Positions 29,573-38,641 of a stretch of DNA of 60,053 nucleotides are shown in pieces; position 1 is the stretch's first letter; every line of letters starts with the position of its first letter. The notes beneath the pieces are model-generated. The model ran no database searches, was not told where the DNA came from, and saw nothing but the letters and a program-made list of their open reading frames with translations. Where the stretch lies: the NCBI GenBank assembly GCA_905478465.1, contig CAJQIN010000012.1:98890-158942 (forward strand), written 5' to 3'. The stretch comes from Minisyncoccota bacterium. GTDB taxonomy: Bacteria > Patescibacteriota > Minisyncoccia > Phycocordibacterales > CAJQIN01. The translations under genes and the position numbers were made by a program.

Positions 29573-29629
29573 CTTTCAATCATACACAAAGAATACCCTT
29601 TTCAAAAGCCCCTTTTTGTGAAATAATAC

Positions 29630-30109
29630 GTGGTCATAATGCTTCTTACCTCGACAAACATCATTATTCTTAGTCTTATTCTGCTCAATATTATTATTGG
29701 GCTTCTTTTGTTACGTACAGAGCTACGTTTAAAAAAACTATTCCAAGGAAAAAAAATATCAAATTTAGAAACCCTCCTGAGTACACTTCATAAGGATGTT
29801 CAGGACTTTCATATATTTAAAAAAGAATCTATTGCAGGAATGCAACTTCTCAATGAAAAAATTGTAAAAAGTATTCGAGGTGTAGGACTTGTTCGTTTTA
29901 ACCCCTTCAAAGGAAAAGGGTTCGGCGGAGACCAAAGTTTCGCATCTGTGTTTTTGAATGATGATGGAGATGGAGTAATAATCTCCAGTATTTATTCTCG
30001 AGATCGCGTAAGTACATATGCCAAACCGATTAAAAATTTTGAATCAACATACGACCTTTCAACAGAAGAGCAGAAAGTTATTACTAATGTTAAAAAAGAA
30101 CTACTATGA
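29630..30109 (+). CDS. DUF4446-family membrane protein
   Basis: N-terminal TM; VGLVRFNPF...GGDQSF...L...DGVIISSIYSRD...YAKPI. Confidence 0.8.
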   Translation: MVIMLLTSTNIIILSLILLNIIIGLLLLRTELRLKKLFQGKKISNLETLLSTLHKDVQDFHIFKKESIAGMQLLNEKIVKSIRGVGLVRFNPFKGKGFGGDQSFASVFLNDDGDGVIISSIYSRDRVSTYAKPIKNFESTYDLSTEEQKVITNVKKELL

Positions 30110-31584
30110 GCACCACAGAAAGACCTCCAATAATCGCCGTCATGGGACATGTTGATCACGGAAAATCAACTCTTCTTGACTATATTCGTAAAAGTAACGT
30201 TGTCGATACAGAAAGCGGTGGTATAACCCAACATGTATCTGCCTATGAAGTAACACATACCACTGACGGTGTTGCCAAAAAAATAACATTTCTTGATACA
30301 CCAGGACATGCTGCTTTTTCAGCTATTCGAAACAGAAGCGCAAAAGTTGCAGACATTGCAATTCTTGTTGTGGCAGCTGATGATGGAGTAAAACCCCAAA
30401 CAGTCGAGGCTTTTGAATCTATAAAAAAAGCAAATACTCCTTTTGTAATTGCCATCAATAAAGTAGACAAGCCAGAAGCAAACATAGAACAAGTAAAAGC
30501 AAATCTAGCAGAAAACAATATTTTTGTTGAAGGATACGGCGGTGACGTACCTTTCGTAGCTGTCTCAGCTATTGAAGGAACAGGAGTTTCTGATCTTCTA
30601 GATACCATTCTTCTTGTGGCAGAAATGGAAAGCTTCAAAGGAAACACAGAAGTCTCTGCAACAGGCTTTATTGTTGAAAGTAAGCTAGATGCTCAAAAAG
30701 GTATTTCAGCAACCCTCCTAATCAAAAATGGGACACTCAATACCAATACTTTTGTAGTTACTGATAACAATTATTGTCCTGTTAGATATATTGAAAACTT
30801 CCTTGGAAAACAAATCGAAAGCGGAACACTCTCACAACCAGTTGTCGTGACCGGCTGGTCTTCTCTTCCTTCTGCAGGAGAAGAATTTACTATTGTAAAC
30901 ACCAAAAAAGAAGCCGAGAAAGTAACTGACCAAACACACAAAACATCACAGTCCAATATCGCACCAGAAGATGCCAATAAAAAACAAGTACCTCTTATTC
31001 TAAAATCAGATGCTTTTGGTTCACTCGATGCCGTTATTCAAGAAATTGGAAAACTTTCTTTCGAAAGAATATCTCCTCAGATTATTTTTGCAGGAATTGG
31101 ACCAATAACAGAAAAAGATATTCAACTTGCACACACTAAAGAGAATTCTCTTATCATTGGTTTCAATGTAGATACTGAAACACGCGCAAAGCACATGGTA
31201 GATAGAGAAGGATTAACAGCCCACACATTTAACATAATCTACAAACTAACTGAATGGCTTGAAGAAGAGCTTGTTCGACAAACACCACTAGTTGAAACTG
31301 ATGAAGTAACAGGTTCAGCTAAAATTCTAAAAATATTCAGTAAAACCAAAGACAAACAAGTAGTTGGAGGACGTATGGAAGAAGGTATTCTCAAAAAAGG
31401 ATCTCAGGTAAGAATTATGCGCCGAGAAAATGAAATCGGCACAGGTACGATCAAAGAACTTCAACAACAAAAAACTTCTGTAACAGAAATTTCAGAAGGT
31501 TCAGAATTTGGAACAATGATTGAATCAAAAGTTGAAATAGTTGCAGGAGATACTGTTCAGTCATTCCAGCGTGTTAAAAAATAA
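30106..31584 (+). CDS. infB: Translation initiation factor IF-2, short form lacking the N-domain
   Basis: RPPIIAVMGHVDHGKSTLLD, FLDTPGH, AINKVD. Confidence 0.96.
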   Translation: MSTTERPPIIAVMGHVDHGKSTLLDYIRKSNVVDTESGGITQHVSAYEVTHTTDGVAKKITFLDTPGHAAFSAIRNRSAKVADIAILVVAADDGVKPQTVEAFESIKKANTPFVIAINKVDKPEANIEQVKANLAENNIFVEGYGGDVPFVAVSAIEGTGVSDLLDTILLVAEMESFKGNTEVSATGFIVESKLDAQKGISATLLIKNGTLNTNTFVVTDNNYCPVRYIENFLGKQIESGTLSQPVVVTGWSSLPSAGEEFTIVNTKKEAEKVTDQTHKTSQSNIAPEDANKKQVPLILKSDAFGSLDAVIQEIGKLSFERISPQIIFAGIGPITEKDIQLAHTKENSLIIGFNVDTETRAKHMVDREGLTAHTFNIIYKLTEWLEEELVRQTPLVETDEVTGSAKILKIFSKTKDKQVVGGRMEEGILKKGSQVRIMRRENEIGTGTIKELQQQKTSVTEISEGSEFGTMIESKVEIVAGDTVQSFQRVKK

Positions 31585-31589
31585 TACTT

Positions 31590-31913
31590 ATGGAAAAATC
31601 TTACGCAAATAGACTCAGTGAACAAATACGTGAACAAGTCTCAGAATTTTTTAACCGAGAATCCAACAAGTCTTCTCTTATTACAGTCACTAGAGTAAAA
31701 CTAGCTGACTCCTTGAAAAATGCTTCAATTTTGCTTAGTGTATACCCAGTAACAAGCGAAGAAGAAGTTCTCTTGTTCACGAAACGTCGTAGTACTGATA
31801 TTCGCAATTATTTAAAGAAGAACATCAGAACAAGATATATCCCCTTCCTTGATTTTCAAATTGATGACGGGGAAAAGAATCGACAAAAAATCGATGCACT
31901 TTTACAAGAATAA
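31590..31913 (+). CDS. rbfA: Ribosome-binding factor A
   Basis: Follows infB; ITVTRV.L..L..A, RYIPFLDF..D.G. Confidence 0.85.
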   Translation: MEKSYANRLSEQIREQVSEFFNRESNKSSLITVTRVKLADSLKNASILLSVYPVTSEEEVLLFTKRRSTDIRNYLKKNIRTRYIPFLDFQIDDGEKNRQKIDALLQE

Positions 31914-31927
31914 ATAGTATATTAAAG

Positions 31928-31999
31928 AGGCATGGGTGAGAATCGAACTCACGTATAGCGGTTTTGCAAACCGATGCGTTACCACTTCGCCACCATGCC
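31928..31999 (-). tRNA. tRNA-Cys(GCA)
   Basis: GGCATGG acceptor stem, TT-GCA-AA loop, U discriminator. Confidence 0.93.
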
Positions 32000-32052
32000 T
32001 TCACAAAATAGAATACCCTAATATAATACTCATAGCAATCATATATAATAAT

Positions 32053-32135
32053 GGGCCAATGGCGGAATTGGTATACGCGCAACACTTAAAATGTTGTCCG
32101 CAACGCGGATGAGGGTTCGATTCCCTCTTGGCCCA
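32053..32135 (+). tRNA. tRNA-Leu(UAA)
   Basis: CAACA-CT-TAA-AA-TGTTG; long variable arm. Confidence 0.95.
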
Positions 32136-32218
32136 CAGTTACAGAAACAAGACTAGAAAAAAAATTGTTTTTAACGTAACATGCTTATACTTACAATATT
32201 TAGTAAGTAACAATACAT

Positions 32219-32291
32219 CCGCCCATAGCTCAGCTGGTAGAGCAGTCGCCTCTTAAGCGAATGGTCGCAGGTTCAAGTCCTGCTGGGCGGA
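32219..32291 (+). tRNA. tRNA-Lys(CUU)
   Basis: CCGCCCA/TGGGCGG acceptor stem; CT-CTT-AA loop. Confidence 0.93.
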
Positions 32292-32407
32292 CAGATTCAA
32301 AAAATATCTTAACCTTACGCCTTGCATAAGATTCACAGTACGATATACTCTTTTTACAGTTTATACGGCTACACCAGGCAATAAACAGTTCTTATAAAAA
32401 ATAATAT

Positions 32408-32489
32408 GCGCGAGTGGTGAAATTGGTATACACGCTAGTCTTAGGAACTAGTGCCTTACGGCGTGGAGGTTCAAGTCCTCTCTCGCGCA
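32408..32489 (+). tRNA. tRNA-Leu(UAG)
   Basis: CTAGT-CT-TAG-GA-ACTAG; long variable arm. Confidence 0.95.
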
Positions 32490-32498
32490 CACATAAAC

Positions 32499-32529
32499 AA
32501 AAAACTGACACTAAAAGAGTCAGTTTTTT
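32499..32529 (+). terminator. Terminator after tRNA-Leu(UAG)
   Basis: aaaaaactgac / gtcagtttttt. Confidence 0.65.
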
Positions 32530-32678
32530 GTTTTCTACTTTGTAATTTTTCAAACTTTCCTACCTTGACTTTAGTTAAAAATAATAGTATCATATTTTCC
32601 AGAATGAGAATTGTATTCTCACCAGGTCTTTGACGTAATCAAATTAAATTAAACTTTTTTCAGAAAAGGATATCTTTC

Positions 32679-33905
32679 ATGAAATCTCTGTCAAAAAAAA
32701 TGTTCGCACTTGTGATATTTATTGGATTAGTATTACTAATAACACTAATCCAACAACTTCAACACATAGAATTATATAAAATTATTGGTTACACATTCAT
32801 AGCAATATGTTGTGTAGTAATAATTCTAAATATATTCGACAAATTAGCGAAGAAGGGAATTTTATTCATATACCCTATTCAAGGTAGTATGATAGCTATT
32901 GTGGCTGGTGGAACATATGTAAAACTAATTTACAGCATCTCTAAACACGTTTTTGATGAAAAATCAGGAGAAATGGTAGACGGTGATCGTACAAAAAGTT
33001 TACTCGAAATCATTACAGGAGCCCAGTTTATCGGAATACCCCCTTCTCGCAAACCTCTACATTTTGATCTTGCAGGAGAGGAGTACGGAAAAGAAGACGG
33101 CAAAGAAGGACAATCACTTTTATCTTTTAACAAAAAAGGTATAACCACTCTTTTCTTTCGACATCCATATGCCGCAGTAGTAAAAGACGCTGAAACAGGG
33201 GGTAATATTCCTGTTAACATGCGTTTTCAAGTAGTGTTAGTTAGAAAACGTCCTCTTGATACTTTTTTTGGCAATGGTACTCCAGGAAAGGGTTTAGATC
33301 TGGCCATAGGCCTAGTCATTAGTACAGCTCGTGAAATACTTCGAGAAATGAACATCGACTCAGTATTAGGTTTTACTTCTGATGGTTCCATAAAAAAAGA
33401 AGGTTCCATTAATACTGATCGAAAAACCATGATTTTAGATTGTATTTATGCAATCAAAGACCAGTTACTAACTGAAACAGGTTATTTACTTGAACTTGTT
33501 ACTATTGAAAGCGTCGAACCATCTGTTACACAAAAAGAACTAGAAACTTTAAGGAAAAAACCTATTGCTCAGATGGAGGCTGTTGTTCTACTTATTGAAG
33601 CAGAAGCTAGTAAGAAGGCAACCATCTTAGCGTCAGAAGCTGAAGCTACTGCAATTGAACAAATTTCAGTTGCCAGATCTATTGAAATTGCAAATATCTC
33701 AGTAGCTGAAGCTACTGCAATTGAAAACGTATCAACTGCTCAAGCTAAGGAATTGGAAAGAAAAGCTAAGGTTATGTCAGCATCACCTGAAGCAGCACAC
33801 TTGCAAGAGTTAATGTCTCTTGAAAATACTAACCTTAGTGTTCTTGGCAGCGACAGCAAAGTCCAACTTCTTGTTAACACACCAAAAGACGGAGGTGCAA
33901 ATTGA
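32679..33905 (+). CDS. SPFH/band-7-like membrane protein
   Basis: Two N-terminal TMs; ETGGNIPVNMRFQV; G..L..V.IESV.P; EA-rich coiled coil (AEATAIE repeat). Confidence 0.6.
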   Translation: MKSLSKKMFALVIFIGLVLLITLIQQLQHIELYKIIGYTFIAICCVVIILNIFDKLAKKGILFIYPIQGSMIAIVAGGTYVKLIYSISKHVFDEKSGEMVDGDRTKSLLEIITGAQFIGIPPSRKPLHFDLAGEEYGKEDGKEGQSLLSFNKKGITTLFFRHPYAAVVKDAETGGNIPVNMRFQVVLVRKRPLDTFFGNGTPGKGLDLAIGLVISTAREILREMNIDSVLGFTSDGSIKKEGSINTDRKTMILDCIYAIKDQLLTETGYLLELVTIESVEPSVTQKELETLRKKPIAQMEAVVLLIEAEASKKATILASEAEATAIEQISVARSIEIANISVAEATAIENVSTAQAKELERKAKVMSASPEAAHLQELMSLENTNLSVLGSDSKVQLLVNTPKDGGAN

Positions 33906-34348
33906 CACCATTTATTATGGTATTGTTGGTTAGTTTTTTTGTAGGATTAGTAATACTGTTATCTGCCTGGAAAAATAATTTAGCCAGAAAAACCGGAATT
34001 AGTTTAATTGTTATCGCCATCTGCCTCGGCGCACTAACCTTTAGTCCAATTGATTTTGGAAGTACCCAAAAAACACCTTCTGTCAAAAGAAGTGCCTGGG
34101 TATATCAAAAGAGTTACGATGCACACCACGATGATTTTACATACGTGAAAGCTCCACGAGGAGAGGCCTTTATCGAATATCGTCCCCAAGGGTCGGTATG
34201 GATAAAGAATCCAAACACCAAAGAAGTATTTGCGTATACTCCAGGCGAACCCTTAACACACGTAGGTGAAATACGTGGGAAAATTGGATTCAAGTCGGCC
34301 TCTCTAAAAACAGTAGAGATACACCTCTACACAAAGAGAGCCCGTTAA
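33902..34348 (+). CDS. Two-TM hypothetical protein, translationally coupled to the SPFH-like gene
   Basis: TTG start overlaps the upstream TGA; two hydrophobic helices then a soluble beta-rich domain; terminator follows. Confidence 0.55.
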   Translation: MTPFIMVLLVSFFVGLVILLSAWKNNLARKTGISLIVIAICLGALTFSPIDFGSTQKTPSVKRSAWVYQKSYDAHHDDFTYVKAPRGEAFIEYRPQGSVWIKNPNTKEVFAYTPGEPLTHVGEIRGKIGFKSASLKTVEIHLYTKRAR

Positions 34349-34365
34349 AAAATTTGGTTACAACA

Positions 34366-34400
34366 AAAAAGCGAAGAGTCATTCAGACTCTTCGCTTTTT
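34366..34400. terminator. Bidirectional terminator
   Basis: 15-bp arms aaaaagcgaagagtc / gactcttcgcttttt. Confidence 0.8.
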
Positions 34401-34425
34401 CTTTTTATACAGGACCAAAATTCTC

Positions 34426-34695
34426 TTACCTAAAGATAAAGAGTCCGCCCGTATCAATTCCAAAAGTATTCAATGCAACACGTATGATACCGTATACAGA
34501 GACCATGATGAGCATACCCACAAGTCCCCACAGTATATTTTTTCGGCCATCGCTTCTACCTGTATCAGAATCTGAGTTCATCATGAACTGAACCATGCCC
34601 CACAAAAATACTACCACAGCTACACCAAATATTAGTTCGATGGTGGGATTTAGTATGACTCTATTTACTCGCTCTAATAGTTCAATTGGTTGCAT
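34426..34695 (-). CDS. VirB2/TrbC-like pilin (array copy 7)
   Basis: FLWG..QF.......GRKNILWGLVGM two-TM pattern. Confidence 0.75.
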   Translation of the reverse strand: MQPIELLERVNRVILNPTIELIFGVAVVVFLWGMVQFMMNSDSDTGRSDGRKNILWGLVGMLIMVSVYGIIRVALNTFGIDTGGLFIFR

Positions 34696-34708
34696 TCCGT
34701 AACTAAAA

Positions 34709-35050
34709 TTACAATACGCTAGGAATATTTATAGTAGCATTATCATCAATTCCAAGGTTACTCTGCAAGAACCCTACAAGACCCCATACTGATGCCATAA
34801 TGAAGAGTGCTACAACACCCCAAATCATTATGTTTTTTCCCTCAGCTTGTGCATCAGAATTACCAGCAGCAAGAATAAACTTCGCAAGTCCCCAGAAGAA
34901 AAATAGAAGTGCTAGAGCAAATACAATAGGAGTTGCCCTAGAAACAAGAGAAGCTACATTACCCAAAAACGTATCTAAACTATTTAAATCCTGAGCAAAT
35001 GCCAAAACAGGAAGTGTTAACAAAGACCCACTTATAATTACTTTTTTCAT
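34709..35050 (-). CDS. VirB2/TrbC-like pilin with signal peptide (copy 6)
   Basis: AFA|QD signal site; FFWGLAKFI...GKNIMIWGVVALF...SVWG. Confidence 0.8.
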   Translation of the reverse strand: MKKVIISGSLLTLPVLAFAQDLNSLDTFLGNVASLVSRATPIVFALALLFFFWGLAKFILAAGNSDAQAEGKNIMIWGVVALFIMASVWGLVGFLQSNLGIDDNATINIPSVL

Positions 35051-35146
35051 GTTACAAATATCTAATTAATAATTTTTTAAAACCTATAATAAGGTACTTT
35101 TATTATAGTACAAAAAACACCATCGAGGAACCTTACTGTGTATATC

Positions 35147-35863
35147 TTAATACGTCATTATTGCAGGTCCACTACCAGGAAGAGAATCTTCAGTATCCAT
35201 CATAGGAGTTGTGCTGTTTGCATCATTTGCATCATTTGCATCATTCATTTGTTGCATATCAGACTCAGCATTCATAGCATCTTCATCGTAATTTATTTCA
35301 ACTTCTGGTTCTGATTCTACAGGTGGCTGATATGCAGCCGAAGTATCACCTTCATATTCTTGACCATAAAATTGACCATCAGCAGAATACCCCTCATCAT
35401 TGACGTTTACCATGCTTCCATCATCTCCCTCTATGACATTACCGTAATCACTCCAGGCGTCATATGTGTCATAAGTATCAATATCCGCAGAACTACTGGT
35501 CCTATTAGTTGATCCTGTTTGTCTGCCAAAGCCCGGTATTGAAATATTACTGTTATTAGTAATACCTAAGTTCTCTTGTAGAAACCTTACCAATCCCCAG
35601 ACAGAAGCACTGACGAACAATGCCGTAACACCCCAAATCATAATATTTTTTCCCTGTTCTTTTGAAGTACTATCCCCTGCTACAAGAACAAATCTAGCAA
35701 GTCCCCAGAAGAAAAATAGAAGTGCGAGTGCAAAAGCAACAGGTGCCGCTATACCAACAATATCTCCTACTGAAACAACAAGTGATCGAATTCTACTTAA
35801 ATCTTGTGCAGATACAAAAACTGGAACGATCAAAAGAAAACTACTTATAAATATTTTTTTCAT
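35147..35863 (-). CDS. VirB2/TrbC-like pilin with long acidic C-terminal extension (copy 5)
   Basis: VSA|QD signal site; FFWGLARFV...GKNIMIWG; D/E/Y-rich tail with NDANDAN repeat. Confidence 0.75.
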   Translation of the reverse strand: MKKIFISSFLLIVPVFVSAQDLSRIRSLVVSVGDIVGIAAPVAFALALLFFFWGLARFVLVAGDSTSKEQGKNIMIWGVTALFVSASVWGLVRFLQENLGITNNSNISIPGFGRQTGSTNRTSSSADIDTYDTYDAWSDYGNVIEGDDGSMVNVNDEGYSADGQFYGQEYEGDTSAAYQPPVESEPEVEINYDEDAMNAESDMQQMNDANDANDANSTTPMMDTEDSLPGSGPAIMTY

Positions 35864-35905
35864 TTTTAATAAAAACTACTGAATAATTCACATTACTTTA
35901 TTTAA

Positions 35906-36202
35906 TCATAAAATTAAAGTGACATCTACCAAAGCTACCACACTAGTATTTGTCTCAATCCCTAAGAGTGTTTCCTGTACAAATCTCACTAATCCCCAAA
36001 CAGAAAGCAGAACAAAAAGTGCTACGACACCCCAAAGCATCAACTGTCTACCCTCTTGATTACCTTTAGCATCTCCCGCATTAAATATAAACTTAGCTAA
36101 TCCCCAGAAGAAAAAAAGAAGTGCACACCCAGCAGCAACAGTCACCAGCACATCCAGAATACCCTGAGTTCCCAATATTAATCCTTGTATATTTTGATTC
36201 AT
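35906..36202 (-). CDS. VirB2/TrbC-like pilin (copy 4)
   Basis: FFWGLAKFI...GRQLMLWGVVALF..SVWGLV. Confidence 0.8.
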   Translation of the reverse strand: MNQNIQGLILGTQGILDVLVTVAAGCALLFFFWGLAKFIFNAGDAKGNQEGRQLMLWGVVALFVLLSVWGLVRFVQETLLGIETNTSVVALVDVTLIL

Positions 36203-36208
36203 AATATG

Positions 36209-36496
36209 TTATTGAGGTAATGAGGGAGGAAAATTAAATGATCCTCCAAAAATATCACCATGAAATAATTGTAAAATACCTAAAAAAGATAACATTATAA
36301 ACAGAATGATAATACCCCAAAACATAAGCTGCTTACCTGTTTTTACAGACTCTTCATTGCCGCCATTCCAAATAAACTTCGCGATTCCCCAAAAAAATAA
36401 TACTAGTGCTAATGTTACCAAAAGAGGTATCAGTAGATCTATAATGCCATTAAAAATGGTAACGACATCGCTATATTGTTGTGGAGTATTAGGCAT
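36209..36496 (-). CDS. VirB2/TrbC-like pilin (copy 3)
   Basis: FFWGIAKFI...GKQLMFWGII. Confidence 0.8.
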   Translation of the reverse strand: MPNTPQQYSDVVTIFNGIIDLLIPLLVTLALVLFFWGIAKFIWNGGNEESVKTGKQLMFWGIIILFIMLSFLGILQLFHGDIFGGSFNFPPSLPQ

Positions 36497-36541
36497 ATTT
36501 TTATTTACTAATTTTTATACTAAAGATTATCGATTAACGGT

Positions 36542-36940
36542 CTAATTGCCACAATCCAAAGAAGATGGAGGATTATTTCCATACAACAGACACACCGTTT
36601 CTTTTATAGTACTTGCAATAACCCAAGACCCTAAAAGAATCACAGTTCCGATAACTGAATACATAAAAGCATTTTTTGCTTTAGAGAGCTTTGTATCATT
36701 TCCTTGCGCTGTTACAAACAAAAAACCTGCCCATATTATCATTAGTACCACAATAACTGATCCAAAAGGAAGTACCACTTTATCTATAACAACTTCAACA
36801 AATTTGGGAATACTATTTATATTATTACCAAGTGGATTAGGGAATTCTGTTACAAGAGTACTCCCGGATACAGCAAGTACAGAAAGAGGAGAGCAGAAGG
36901 CGACTATACTAAAAAAAAGTTTTGTAAAATTATTCAACAT
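36542..36940 (-). CDS. VirB2/TrbC-like pilin, second subtype (copy 2)
   Basis: Signal peptide; NPLG; AGFLFVTAQG....LSKAK.AF...IG..I.LGSW. Confidence 0.8.
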   Translation of the reverse strand: MLNNFTKLFFSIVAFCSPLSVLAVSGSTLVTEFPNPLGNNINSIPKFVEVVIDKVVLPFGSVIVVLMIIWAGFLFVTAQGNDTKLSKAKNAFMYSVIGTVILLGSWVIASTIKETVCLLYGNNPPSSLDCGN

Positions 36941-36943
36941 ATA

Positions 36944-37327
36944 TTATTCAGTTAAAAATACTTCATACTGATTTTCATCTAGCAAAGTACTAGTAATAGT
37001 ATACACGATAAGCCAGGCAGATATAATAAGCACAAATCCTATAAATATCTTAGTGAAAATATCTTTTGCTTTTTTAAGATTACCCTCACCTTCTATACCA
37101 GCAGTTAAGTATAGATATCCTGCATATGAAAAACCAATAGCAGCAATTGGAATCGACAGCACAACTATAAAATCCAAAATATTTTTTCCAAGCTGCACAA
37201 GATCTTGATATCCACACATGTCACCTGTGCTGTTACCACAGGTAACTAAAGGTTCTGCATACAAAAAAACTGGTAAAAAAGAACTTGAACTAATTAAAAT
37301 TTGTATTATTTTTTTTAATTGATACAT
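36944..37327 (-). CDS. VirB2/TrbC-like pilin, second subtype with N-terminal Cys pair (copy 1)
   Basis: LVTCG....C..DL; YAGYLYLTA.......KAK.IF....IGF..I.SAWLIV. Confidence 0.8.
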   Translation of the reverse strand: MYQLKKIIQILISSSSFLPVFLYAEPLVTCGNSTGDMCGYQDLVQLGKNILDFIVVLSIPIAAIGFSYAGYLYLTAGIEGEGNLKKAKDIFTKIFIGFVLIISAWLIVYTITSTLLDENQYEVFLTE

Positions 37328-37336
37328 AAAAATTTT

Positions 37337-38641
37337 TTAAAAACTTTTCCCTTCAAGCATTGTTTGCAACAGAGTGCTCGCATCTCGTACAGAAGTGCTT
37401 ATACTCGATCGTCCTGATGTAACTGATTCTATCATATTCCTAAAAAGTGTTGCTGTTCTATTTTTATCTGGGTCATACCAACCACGAGACCATAATGCTG
37501 AATTGTAGAACACAACAGACGAAGGATTTGTTGGTTTGTTAGAAAGCATACCTCTTCTAACAGGAGGTAATCCTGTCATATTCTCAAGTTCAGTTAATGA
37601 ACCTATACCCGAAAGCATATTTGCAGCAGTAAATGCCGCTGCTATGTTATTAGATGTTTTAGGAATTGATAATGCAGTAAGTTTTCCATATGTCAGAATT
37701 TCATTTGATCCACGAGCTTGGGGAAAAGAAGAGACATCAAAATTCAAATTTGGATTTTTTAAATTAATGGTTGATAACTCTGAAGCAAAACCAAAATATA
37801 TTGCAGAATCTCCAGAAACAAAAAAATCTTGAGCAGAAGGAAGCGACCTGTTCCAAGAATAATATGAATTTGAAGGATTCGAAAATTGTGTATAGTAATT
37901 TAATACAGCTTCCGATGGAACAACAGTCTCGTTGTGCTTATTCACCAAATCGCTTGATACCACTTCTCCATTTTTTACAGTAACAGAACCGCCGGCCTGC
38001 ATAATAAGCGCACTCAGTATTTCTTTAGCATTTGTAACATTCAAATATTCACCGAGAGCAGAAGATGTTTGTGAAATATTAAGCGAAGTATCTTTTACCA
38101 CAAACGTAGAGGCTAGGTTAAAAAACTCATCCCAATATTTTGGTGCTTCAGATATTCCCGCATTATTAAACATTGTTCTATTCCAATACATTACAAGAGG
38201 ATCCACTGAAAATGGCAAACCTACAACACCCTCAGTAGAAAGAAAAAGTTCTCCTTCTTCAATAAATGATTCCTTGAAAGCTCTTTCAGAATAACTCTCA
38301 TACGGAATAGCAAATAACTTATCTCGATGTTTTAAAACTGAATCTTGTGAAATAAATACAAGATCTGGACCTGCTCCACGCGCTAATGCTTCTATGAAAG
38401 ACTGGTCAAAACTAGCTTCGTTAATTTCTACATATGTCACATTTAAAGTATCGTCTCCATAGATACCAGAAGCTTTCTCGAGAACAGAGTACTCTGTCGG
38501 CGTCAAGGTTCCCCATATAGTAATATTTGAAACTACCCCCGAAGAAGAACCCTTTGAAAGTGAGAAGAAAATAACACCGACTAGAATAAAAACAGCAAAA
38601 ACTCCAGTAAATATCAACTGAAAAGGTGTCATATTTTTCAT
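37337..38641 (-). CDS. Membrane-anchored extracellular solute-binding protein (sugar-binding family-like)
   Basis: N-terminal TM; ITIWG, GPDLV, GLPFSVDPLVMYWNR..F, FVSG..A.YFG. Confidence 0.8.
   Translation of the reverse strand: MKNMTPFQLIFTGVFAVFILVGVIFFSLSKGSSSGVVSNITIWGTLTPTEYSVLEKASGIYGDDTLNVTYVEINEASFDQSFIEALARGAGPDLVFISQDSVLKHRDKLFAIPYESYSERAFKESFIEEGELFLSTEGVVGLPFSVDPLVMYWNRTMFNNAGISEAPKYWDEFFNLASTFVVKDTSLNISQTSSALGEYLNVTNAKEILSALIMQAGGSVTVKNGEVVSSDLVNKHNETVVPSEAVLNYYTQFSNPSNSYYSWNRSLPSAQDFFVSGDSAIYFGFASELSTINLKNPNLNFDVSSFPQARGSNEILTYGKLTALSIPKTSNNIAAAFTAANMLSGIGSLTELENMTGLPPVRRGMLSNKPTNPSSVVFYNSALWSRGWYDPDKNRTATLFRNMIESVTSGRSSISTSVRDASTLLQTMLEGKSF

Noticed and set aside
30106-31584. 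Truncated or pseudogenised infB
   Set aside because: All G and C domains are present; loss of the N-domain is a known reduced IF2 form, and the start overlaps the upstream stop normally.
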